DNA of 64,000 nt from Thermoanaerobaculia bacterium (GTDB lineage: Bacteria; Acidobacteriota; Thermoanaerobaculia; Thermoanaerobaculales; Sulfomarinibacteraceae), in contig JAMOWA010000007.1 in NCBI GenBank assembly GCA_027061805.1, forward strand, positions 658-64,657, given 5' to 3'. Below the pieces are notes generated by a model. The model worked only from the letters and a program-made list of their open reading frames with translations, had not been told where the DNA came from and searched no databases. Position numbers and translations under genes: made by a program. Each line of letters opens with the position of its first letter. The stretch's first letter is position 1. Positions 58,301-64,000 of this stretch are shown here, in pieces.

Positions 58301-60610
58301 CGCCAGGTACGGCTCCCGCAAGGTGAAGGGTACGGTGTCGTCGGTGGTGGCGTCCCCGCTGTTGGTGGAGCCCTCCTGGACCCGGACCAGGTTCACCAGC
58401 TGGAGGCCATCGGCAAAGGGCTCGTCGGTGACCGTGACCGTGAACAGCAGGTCGATCACCGTGGCCGTGTCGCCCGTCGAATCGAAGTTCCCGAAATTCA
58501 GGATCACCGTGTTGGTCAGCGCATCGGTGGCAAGGGCCGGATCCAGGCCCGAGTAGGCATGGAAGGTGTCTCCCGGCCCGTACTTGACCGTCCCGGCAGG
58601 GGGGACCGTCCCGTCCACGGTGGAATCCAGCGTGGTCACCTCGGAGGCCTCGAAGACCGGCAACGGCAGGAAGTCCGTGACCACCAGGTTCTCGAAGTCC
58701 GAGGTGGCAAGGGCGTAGGAGATCCTGTAGGTCACGGTATCGCCAGGGGAGATCTCCAGCGGCGATGGCAGCGATGTGGAGCCGTTGACGGCGTAGAGCT
58801 CCTTGCTGACGGTGCCACGAGCAATCTCCACGGAGGCCGAGGAGTCGTCGGTGCAGGTCGAACCGGTCGGTGTGAGATCCACCGGATCCAGGAGCCTGCC
58901 GGCCACCGTCACCGTATCGCCGAGGACATCACCCTGATCCACCGAGGGATCTCCGGAGGGAAAGTCATCGGTGAATTCCTCCTGGATCACGGTCCGGAAA
59001 TGCAGGACCGCCCTGGTCTGCCCCGAGGAGAAGACCGAACAGTCGGGATCGCCCCCCCCGGTGCCCCCGGGCGGAACACAGGCCCCCAGCAGGACCGCGC
59101 CGAGACCCTCGAGGACCATCTGATCGGAGACCCGGAACTCGATCTCCTGGGTGCCATCCAGAGGCGGCACCTCGGGGGAACCTCCGGTGAAATGATCCAT
59201 CACCGTGAAGTTCGTGGCATCGAAGGGCCCGGGACCGGTGGTGGCACCGTGCTCCCGGACCTCCAGTGTGGGGATGAAGGACGTGTCGAGGCGCTGGCCG
59301 TCCAGGACGATGTCGTTCACCACGAGCCCGTCGAAGGCCATCACGTCGGAGACCTGGAACTCCAGTGTGTACTCCAGGACATCCCCGGGCGAGGGCCCTG
59401 CCGCTCCCCCGTCCACTGCCACTGTCACCGCCTTCTGGATGGGCAGGGTACGGGCCGTCAGGACAGATTCCGGACCCGGTGGATCGGCGGCGGCATTGTC
59501 CGTGCCTCCGGCGTCCCGGGGATCCACAGGATCCCAGTCCCCCAGGGCCGAGGCCTCGTTGGGGATCGGCGCAGAGGCGCAGGAGCCCGGAGGAATCACC
59601 GGCTGGCCCCCGGCATCCACCGGGGGCACGTACACTGCGACCGCCATCACCAGGTCGTCCTCCGAGGCGTCACCCGTGACTGGAGGAAAGCGGCGGGTGA
59701 GGGTTCCGCCAGGAACCGTGGTGCTCGGGGTGGAAACCGCGGTGGTGGACACCGGGTTGCCCTGGACGAGAGTCGCCTCCACGGCAACGAACTGAAGAGT
59801 GCCTGGCAGGATGTCGCTGAGCTCCAGATTCTCCATGGTCTGCCCGTCCGCCAGGTCCACCACCACACGGAAGGACCTGGGATAGGCGGGGCCCACCGTG
59901 CCTTCCGCCTCCTCGCCGAGGGTACCGGGGGTGAGGTAGATCTTGGACAGCCGCATGAGCACCGGGACCGTGGCCGCGCCGGGCCACGAGCCGCTGTCCG
60001 GGGTGGAGGGATCGGCTATGACGAGGTCACAGCAGGGGTTGTCCAGGGGGTCGGCGCCGTACTGAAACCCCCCGCGAGCATGGACGGCCAGCGGGTGTCC
60101 CGCGTCTGCCAGCTGCGACATGGAGGCCACCACCTCGACCGTCACGGTGGGCTGCTGGGGAACCACGGATCCGAAGGGCAGGCGCAGGACCACCAGGACA
60201 TCGCCCGTGGTTCCGCAGACCTGGAGCGGCTGATGGGCAGAATCCACCGCGAAGGGGTGGTCCACGCAGCCAAGACCGCCGCCGTCATCCGGAAAAGCGA
60301 GGACAGTGGTGGCCAGCGGAACGCCGAGGTGGGTGGCGCTCACGAAAGAGAGTCCGTCTGGAGTGTCCGTCCCCGCCGCACCGTCAGCCCCGTTGAGGGG
60401 CAGAACCAGGTCAATCCATGGTCCATAGCCGGGAGCATCACCCGCGTTGTCGAAGGTGAGGGTGAACCGGACCTGTTCGCCCAGCATGGATTCCGCCGGC
60501 ACGTCCAGCGCCACCGAGGGTACCGGTGCGGCGCCGGCAGACACCGCCAGCGTCAGGGCAATCACGGGGGCCAGAACGAAGAGTGGGTGTGGATGGCGTT
60601 TCCGTTGCAT
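49328..60610 (-). CDS. Giant (~3760 aa) surface adhesin: isopeptide-forming fimbrial-type domains, DUF11 repeats and IPTL-CTERM-type sorting signal
   Basis: GGAGG RBS, signal peptide ...LAVSAGA-AP; ~13 K...(G[DE].[VI]TY)...N modules followed by ~11 DL.V.K...N.GP DUF11 modules; C-terminus IPMLGGFGTVVLVLLLLGCGPMVLRRF. Confidence 0.9.
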   Translation of the reverse strand: MQRKRHPHPLFVLAPVIALTLAVSAGAAPVPSVALDVPAESMLGEQVRFTLTFDNAGDAPGYGPWIDLVLPLNGADGAAGTDTPDGLSFVSATHLGVPLATTVLAFPDDGGGLGCVDHPFAVDSAHQPLQVCGTTGDVLVVLRLPFGSVVPQQPTVTVEVVASMSQLADAGHPLAVHARGGFQYGADPLDNPCCDLVIADPSTPDSGSWPGAATVPVLMRLSKIYLTPGTLGEEAEGTVGPAYPRSFRVVVDLADGQTMENLELSDILPGTLQFVAVEATLVQGNPVSTTAVSTPSTTVPGGTLTRRFPPVTGDASEDDLVMAVAVYVPPVDAGGQPVIPPGSCASAPIPNEASALGDWDPVDPRDAGGTDNAAADPPGPESVLTARTLPIQKAVTVAVDGGAAGPSPGDVLEYTLEFQVSDVMAFDGLVVNDIVLDGQRLDTSFIPTLEVREHGATTGPGPFDATNFTVMDHFTGGSPEVPPLDGTQEIEFRVSDQMVLEGLGAVLLGACVPPGGTGGGDPDCSVFSSGQTRAVLHFRTVIQEEFTDDFPSGDPSVDQGDVLGDTVTVAGRLLDPVDLTPTGSTCTDDSSASVEIARGTVSKELYAVNGSTSLPSPLEISPGDTVTYRISYALATSDFENLVVTDFLPLPVFEASEVTTLDSTVDGTVPPAGTVKYGPGDTFHAYSGLDPALATDALTNTVILNFGNFDSTGDTATVIDLLFTVTVTDEPFADGLQLVNLVRVQEGSTNSGDATTDDTVPFTLREPYLAVRKGVCNTDNPDETFDPPLSGGGCPGTLTSSDLDADPDLARSDVSGVDVGDLLTFTITIENQGGSGAFDVTLHDVMPPGMRMPGSNPAQMNLSIVRGDGFVPTWTPLGPGGNDGDLFGDGLLLDDSGGQPLCQPHDPVAGSNVLTITYQLEIFDPALVPETLLVNGGGVTSFAGTEGGPSHVDSGNPADFTDSAVATLASPVLEKTLAGTEIVDAANGADDAVIGEYVIYQLVVRVPEATLPAAAIVDTLDGGLAFVDVLAFTVSPDVTVATPIGTGTNPANVIVDGSGGLVTFDLGDVVNTNRDNTVDEVVTIVYRAVVLDQVINQEGGARNNEARLSWTGGTTGAVSAPVVRILEPAIMIDKSATPTEADAGDAITYTITVSGPAGSDRADAHDVLLGDTVPAGMTYVPGSLAAGSCTVVPVLDDTGAPTLTASWSTFPVGASCQITYQAVVDPSVNPDQQLPNTASMVWSSLPGSPGQRSVHNADSTERDGSGGVDDYAAADTATVTVRSPDLTKVVASTSEASTGTGEHDTSLTDLVVGETVTYRITATLPEGTIPQVVITDSLPANATGVLQVVSATPVSVGGSLAVTNDPPDITTSDLNLGDGIEDTVVFDYGPTVNNPDGVEDDGDRIVVEIVARVVDVPANADGHVLTNTALLQYGSGLQASATVDVELVEPVLALQKSASPATGDAGDMITFTLDLRHAGASTAEAFDLGLDDTIPAGMSYVAGSLDCTGGTVVPVSCTESGGVIAAAWDEFLRGETTVITFQVTLDSSVQPEEVITNTAGVIWDTLPADGDPHERDGAASDQAQVTITAPGVTKAVTATSVPATGTGTDPDPDLTIGERVTFEITVTMPEGTTTDARIVDDLPTAPGLLGVVSSRITAMDPDMGSSTGLGVGSTGTATDPDGDGYSERVTFDFGTLTNGVGGSNTITVEVVAVVPDVPVNQGGVDDLVNTATTLYTGGNPVLGTAVVDLAAPRLRVTKEVVDPATPFGDAGDLITYRITVEHTAASSAVACDVTVADLLPPEEIYQVGSLTVVGGPSPVEDTSGLPSVVTYTWSTLDLADSPVIFEYTVQLDGSVEPSVSYGNTALLSWDTLPTGVPGDGGPDDRTVTDTDTADITINAPALVKITGVTSLGDTGTGEHDPAWEDLAIGEQVTYELTVAIPEGTTSGAVVTDAVQADGSGVLEAIGATVVSIGANLTTSLPGTPVFADNALGDGLADTVTFDFGTITNAADGVADEADRIRLEVTARVVDLPANADGVALVNFGTLAYATGGPVDDDASVDVVEPAMAVTKSMAGPVDGVVTLTVALANTGTAPAYDLVVSDAMPAAMWDTGSISPVSVPVGFTFSVVGAPGDATVTMASDPNASPPDSSVEPGETVVLVFTAAVPGGANPPATTLTNTADNTVATTLPGIDPDEREEPDVQGTAQLLLPSIELDKSWSIAPGGDLDGSGSPSPGDVLRYSISVRNAGPGTATGLAVTDPITDPNLTLVTGSVTAGGGGVVVTGNTAGDTSIRVVYATFAGGGNTAVITCDVQVADPVAAGVNTLVNWASADCDQLPAEPSDDPGTPADDDPTVVPLDAVPDIAVAKDDGLTEVRPGDTVTWTLTVSNVGNQNATGVVLTDTVPPGTSFVSASDGATESGGIVTWPAFGLAAGTSVQRTLAVLVDDPAPPGQATVVNTAQAADDGSNGQDPDPGNNEATDSDTLVHADLAVTKSDSPDPVRAGEQVTYTLVVTNNGPATEPAAVVTDTLPAGFTFVSAVPGQGSCSAAGGVVTCTLGSLAMGDAATVTVVCDVPSGTPAGSYTNTAAVSGSESDPVPANDSASEDTTVVEEADLAVVKTDSPDPVRAGEQLTWTLEVSNNGPSDATGVTVTDVLPAGVSVVSADPACTESSGTVTCTTATLADGDSVTFHIVVTVDPGTTGALGNTATVTADQTDPVPDNDSDSEDTTVTTLADLAVIKTGPATVARGSDLDETIMVTNTGPSDAVNVVLSDPTPGGLVFVAAAAPCVGGFPCALSDLPAGGSVSLTVTYHVPADYAGADPILNTASVSSDTPDPRPEDNADDAATAVDRVPECDVAVLKAGPPSAAVGSTVTYGLHVVNNGPDGAENVVLDDTTPPGLVFVEASAPCTAGFPCTLGDLDPGDVMDLSLTFQVPMGHGGSQIVNTATVSTDTADTDPGNDSSTVTTPIGAETTDLTVDKQGPVAAAPGDNIVYTVSVSNLGPGDATGVAATDTFPGDVTWLADTCGGDFQDGVWNIGALAAGSSATCEITAHVDLAAAGPQANSVVVSGTEPESDTTNNDDAVVTGLGAPAADVGVVKAGPARAYPGGTLTFALTVVNHGPGSALDVVLDDTTPPGLVFVEASAPCTGGFPCTLGDLAAGSAVTVGVSFQVPTDYAGVDPIVNTASVSTTSQDTDSTNDTDDATVDFIPEADLSVVKDDGLTTAVPGTPLTYTIVVANAGPGDVVGGTVTDVFPATLLAPSWSCVASAGATCGSGTGNITDVVSIPQGGTLTYTVTSTVAPDATGDLVNTATVTMPPGMVDPDPDDNTSTDVDVLVSTADLGVTKTDLPDPVVAGTGLAYTLAVVNNGPSTATGVTVVDTLPSGVTLQSATPSQGSCSTAGNVVTCTLGVLAPSGTAGITLTAEVDPAATGTLTNTVTVSGDGTDPVPDNDADTEPTVVLAEVDLALLKTDSPDPVEEGQELTWILHVANAGPSDATGVVITDVLPPQVVFVSASPGCTEAGGTVTCTVGTVPAGSSQDLEIVVGVPWGERGPLANSATVSGEVGDTDPSNDTDDETTTVLYSNLDLVKTASPPPNGEVFLPGEEVTWTITATNSGTLAADPATLVDRIPRGLGYVAGSMVLDGVPLTDDADGDSGSYDVVSGTLNVSMAPVPAGGSSTLVFRTRTHPAEVPGEGSVANQATLSLGGDREVVSDDPATDPDDDPTVVMIQGVPIPMLGGFGTVVLVLLLLGCGPMVLRRF

Positions 60611-60691
60611 GCTGCCTCCAGCAGATGGACTGAATCCGCAAGTTATCCCGGGGAAATCACAGAGCAGAATCCCGAGATCACGAATCTCTCC

Positions 60692-60708
60692 TGGCAAGAA
60701 ACCTGCCA
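60692..60708 (-). promoter_or_regulatory. Sigma-54 promoter for the adhesin (palindromic; also fits the + strand)
   Basis: Minus TGGCAGGTTTCTTGC; plus TGGCAAGAAACCTGC; both GG-N10-GC. Confidence 0.6.
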
Positions 60709-60741
60709 GCCATGGCACCGCTTCCGGGCCACATACCTCCA

Positions 60742-60774
60742 GGTGAAACGTCTCACCATGGAACACCTGTTCCA
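60742..60774. promoter_or_regulatory. Two adjacent palindromic protein-binding sites
   Basis: GGTGA-AACGTC-TCACC (60742-60757) and TGGAACA-CC-TGTTCCA (60759-60774). Confidence 0.5.
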
Positions 60775-61108
60775 ATGTGATGCGTTCGACACGGAACGGC
60801 CGGACCGGATCCCCGGGACCCTCTGTCACACGAGCCGGGATTGCTCCTGGGATCTTCTCGCCCTCCTGGCCATCACCGGTGCCACCAGGCACCCGGAGAC
60901 GACACCCTCACCACCCCGGCAACCCGAGACGCGGTTGATCCCGCCACGGGGAAGTCCACCTGGTGACCGGGACCGGCGGAGGCCGGATACCATCTCCACT
61001 GGTCTCACTGGCCGCCTGCCACGGGCCCGGCAGGTCTCTCGATCTCGATGTGTGATAGATGTGATAGAGTCGATGTACTGCGGGGAGTGCCATGAATGGA
61101 GGTGTGCC

Positions 61109-62377
61109 ATGACCAGTCGTCGCAGGTTTTCCGGCCTCATGATCGGCGGTGCCTTCCTCGGGCTGACTGTTCCAGGCCTTGTTCTCGCCGGTGGTACCCG
61201 GTTCGTGGTGACACCCTTCGATGGCTCCTCCGTCCCCGTCCGGACCGTGAACCCTGGTCCCGTGTTCACCGTTCCTCATGCACCGGCCATCCGTCCCCAG
61301 GAGCTGGTCCCCATTCTCCAGGCGGGCGCTGACCACGTGGTGGCCCAGCAGTGTGCGGACGGGGGGTTCGGCTGGCCCCACGACGACTGCAGCACCACCT
61401 ACCACAACATCACGGCGCCCATCCTCATGGGAGTGCTCAACGCCCACCGCTACACCATGGATCCGGCGCACCTGGCCGCCGCCGTGACCGGTGGCGATTT
61501 CGAGGTGGCCTACCAGTGGAGCAACGGGGAGCCCCGCTTCGGCACCCAGACACCCCGCCTCCTCCAGGTGCTCTCCACACGATCCGGTGACCCCTCGTAC
61601 GCCGAACACGCGGCCCAGTACTTCTTCGACACGCTCCAGGCGGGAACCTACGGCCCCAGTGACTGGGACACTGCAGGCTACATCGCCGCCATCTTCGCCT
61701 ACCGGACGGGGGCGCTGGTGAACCTGCGGCCGTGGGAGTTCTGCACCCTTGTGACCGCCGCAGAGGCCAGGGGGAACCCGGGACAGGCCGACAGCTTCGC
61801 CCAGGCGGCGCTCGACGGCCTCGCGAGCCTCGACAATTCCGATCCCGGCACCGTGTACTCGGACATCATCGGCCTGGCGGGTGGAATCATGGCACTGTCC
61901 CGGACCGGGTGGACCACCTTCCCGGCCATCTCCGCCCCGCTGCACTCCGGCGTCAATGGGATCGATTCCCTGGCCGGCCTCGTTGGCCTGCTGCTCACCT
62001 ATCAGAACGACGATGGCTCGTGGAACTGGCACTCGAACCTGGCCGTCCCGGATCTGAGCGACAAGGACCTCCAGACCACCGCCTACGCCATCCTGGCGCT
62101 GGTGTCCGCGGAGCCCCTGGTCGCGGGCAGCCAGGCTCCGGCCATCCTCTCGGCCCGGGACTGGCTCGCCTCCATGCAACTCCCCGGCGGGGGGTTCCCG
62201 GAGTACCCCGGCGGGAACGAGAACACCGGGGTGGAGGGGGAGGTCCTCTGGGCCCTGGGGGCCAGCATGGACTTCAATGCCCTGCCAGTCCCGGCACTGG
62301 AGCGACCTGGCCTGGCGCTCCTGGGAGTCCTGCTTGCGCTGGCGGGAATCGCCGTGCGCCGGAAGACGCTCGCCTGA
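61109..62377 (+). CDS. Secreted prenyltransferase/squalene-oxidase-repeat (alpha/alpha barrel) protein with IPTL-CTERM-like anchor
   Basis: GGAGGT RBS; MTSRRRF signal; QCADGGFGW, QNDDGSW and QLPGGGF motifs; C-terminus VPALERPGLALLGVLLALAGIAVRRK. Confidence 0.82.
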   Translation: MTSRRRFSGLMIGGAFLGLTVPGLVLAGGTRFVVTPFDGSSVPVRTVNPGPVFTVPHAPAIRPQELVPILQAGADHVVAQQCADGGFGWPHDDCSTTYHNITAPILMGVLNAHRYTMDPAHLAAAVTGGDFEVAYQWSNGEPRFGTQTPRLLQVLSTRSGDPSYAEHAAQYFFDTLQAGTYGPSDWDTAGYIAAIFAYRTGALVNLRPWEFCTLVTAAEARGNPGQADSFAQAALDGLASLDNSDPGTVYSDIIGLAGGIMALSRTGWTTFPAISAPLHSGVNGIDSLAGLVGLLLTYQNDDGSWNWHSNLAVPDLSDKDLQTTAYAILALVSAEPLVAGSQAPAILSARDWLASMQLPGGGFPEYPGGNENTGVEGEVLWALGASMDFNALPVPALERPGLALLGVLLALAGIAVRRKTLA

Positions 62378-62408
62378 CGCCACGGCTCCAGGGCCCCACC
62401 ACGAACGA

Positions 62409-62434
62409 GACGGCGGGCCCCGGGGCCCGCCGTC
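62409..62434. terminator. Hairpin between convergent genes
   Basis: GACGGCGGGCC-CCGG-GGCCCGCCGTC. Confidence 0.6.
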
Positions 62435-62464
62435 GTTGTGTCGCGGCCAGCAAGCTGGCCGGTG

Positions 62465-63439
62465 TCACGCCGCCTTGAGCTTCCTGATCTCCTCGACCAT
62501 GGCGGGGACCACCTGGAAGAGGTCGCCCACCACCCCGTAGTCCGCCACCTTGAAGATGGGCGCGTCGGGGTCCTTGTTGACAGCCACGATGATCTTGGAG
62601 GAGCTCATCCCGGCCAGGTGCTGGATGGCCCCCGAGATGCCACAGGCGATGTAGAGCGTGGGGCTCACCACCTTGCCGGTCTGCCCCACCTGGTGGGAGT
62701 GGTCGATCCACCCGGCGTCCACGGCGGCACGGGAGGCGCCCACCGCGGCGCCGAGGAGCTCCGCCAGCTCGCGCATCAGGGCAAAGTTCTCCGGGCCCTT
62801 CAGGCCGCGGCCGCCCGAGACGATGATGTCGGCCTCGGCCACGTCGATCTCGCCGCCGCCCTCGGAGACCAGCTCCTTCACCATCGCACGGATGGAGAGG
62901 GACAGGCCGTCCAGGTTCACCACCTCCGCCGGGCCGCCCGCCTCATCGGCGGTGAAGACGTTGGGCCTGAGGCCGATCACCTGGGGCTTCTTGCCCGCGG
63001 TGTCCACGGTGGCGAAGGCCTTGGCCGAGTACACGGGCCGCCGGGCCACGAAGGTGTCACCCTCGAGCGTCAGGCCGGTCACGTCGGCCAGTCCGCCCAC
63101 GCCCAGCTTCGCCGCCACGCGGGGCGCGAGATCGCGACCCATGGCCGTGGCCGAGAAGAAGATGGCGTCGGGCTCCATCTGGCCGGCCGCGGCCGTCACG
63201 GCCTCGGCGTAACCCTCGGCGGAGTAGAGCTTCAGGTTGGCGTCGTCGGCCACGAAGACCTTCGTGGCACCGTACTTCCCGAGCTCCGCGGCGAGTCCCG
63301 CGACACCCTGCCCCGGGAGCACCGCCGCCACCGGCCAGCCGTTGGCCGCCGCCTGGCGGCGGGCCTCGCTCAGGGCCTCCAGGGACCCCTTGCGGATCGT
63401 TCCGTCACGCTGCTCGATGAATACAAGGATTCCAGCCAT
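62465..63439 (-). CDS. etfA: Electron transfer flavoprotein alpha subunit
   Basis: [47 protein letters not shown]. Confidence 0.97.
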   Translation of the reverse strand: MAGILVFIEQRDGTIRKGSLEALSEARRQAAANGWPVAAVLPGQGVAGLAAELGKYGATKVFVADDANLKLYSAEGYAEAVTAAAGQMEPDAIFFSATAMGRDLAPRVAAKLGVGGLADVTGLTLEGDTFVARRPVYSAKAFATVDTAGKKPQVIGLRPNVFTADEAGGPAEVVNLDGLSLSIRAMVKELVSEGGGEIDVAEADIIVSGGRGLKGPENFALMRELAELLGAAVGASRAAVDAGWIDHSHQVGQTGKVVSPTLYIACGISGAIQHLAGMSSSKIIVAVNKDPDAPIFKVADYGVVGDLFQVVPAMVEEIRKLKAA

Positions 63440-63451
63440 GCTCGCCTCCCC

Positions 63452-64000
63452 CTAGATGACCTTGGCCTCGTCATGGAGGAGCTTCACCAGCTCCGCCGCG
63501 GCGGCCTTGGGGTCGTCCTCGCCCTGGATGATCTTGCCCGCCTGCTTGGGCGGCGGGAGCTCGAGGGACCGCACGGAGTAGGTGGCCTCGGGGCCGGCGA
63601 GCGCCCCCTCGTCCAGTCCCAGATCCGCCACGGCCAGCTTCTCCACCGGCTTCCTCTTGGCCGCCATGATGCCCTTCAGCGCGGCGTAGCGCGGCTCGTT
63701 GAGGCCCTTGGTGGCGGAGATGACGGCGGGCAGCGGGCACTCCACCACCTCGTGGCCGCCCTCCACCTCGCGCTCGGCCACGACGGAGCCCTCGCCCCAC
63801 TCGATCTTCACCACGCCGGTGACGTGCGGCAGGTCGAGCAGCTCGGCCAGCATGGGCCCCACCTGGGCGTTGTCGGTACCCACGCCCTTGACGCCCACCA
63901 GGATCACGTCGTACTCGCGGTCCTTGATGGCCGCGGCCAGGACCTTCGCGATGGCCAGGCTGTCGCCCAGGGTGGCCTCGCCACCCTCGATGTGCACCGC
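63452..64000 (-). CDS. etfB: Electron transfer flavoprotein beta subunit (5' part outside window)
   Basis: QVGPMLAELL, REVEGG, NEPRYAALKGIMAAKRKP; upstream of etfA. Confidence 0.95.
   Translation of the reverse strand, partial: AVHIEGGEATLGDSLAIAKVLAAAIKDREYDVILVGVKGVGTDNAQVGPMLAELLDLPHVTGVVKIEWGEGSVVAEREVEGGHEVVECPLPAVISATKGLNEPRYAALKGIMAAKRKPVEKLAVADLGLDEGALAGPEATYSVRSLELPPPKQAGKIIQGEDDPKAAAAELVKLLHDEAKVI

Noticed and set aside
61109-62377. Thioester (alpha-2-macroglobulin TED) or squalene-hopene cyclase assignment
   Set aside because: No CxEQ thioester motif, no DxDD cyclase motif, and too short for a two-domain cyclase

Overview
High-GC bacterial chromosomal segment. The lineage is probably Acidobacteriota/Thermoanaerobaculia-like; this is inferred from the GCGGG-type SLH protein, IPTL-CTERM proteins and a diderm TolC/OmpA envelope, not from a marker search. 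Left half (accessory): an FHA-domain sigma-54 activator, an M1 peptidase/membrane protein pair, HU, two divergent sensor kinases, and a TolC-MFP-RND-DUF2892-PII-like efflux operon behind an AT-rich promoter. These are followed by a cluster of internally deleted gene remnants (including an in-frame-deleted fhs), an SLH protein, an NrtR-like regulator, a GMC oxidoreductase, a MacAB-like ABC exporter, a PAS-GGDEF-EAL protein, a VPS10/BNR protein and a VWA-TSP3-OmpA lipoprotein. Right half: a housekeeping run (glyQS-ppdK-ktrA-gmk-rpoZ-coaBC-UDG, hflKC), a ~3760-aa isopeptide/DUF11 adhesin divergent from an alpha/alpha-barrel protein (both IPTL-CTERM-type), and etfBA. I recognised no rRNA, tRNA, CRISPR array or transposase. 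Best candidates for new biology: (1) the efflux operon whose PII-like protein carries CxCxxC; (2) the adhesin/barrel pair sharing a palindromic sigma-54 site; (3) a modular family of intergenic hexa/hepta/octamer repeats; (4) repeated deletion scars. All calls come from reading the sequence; no searches were run.
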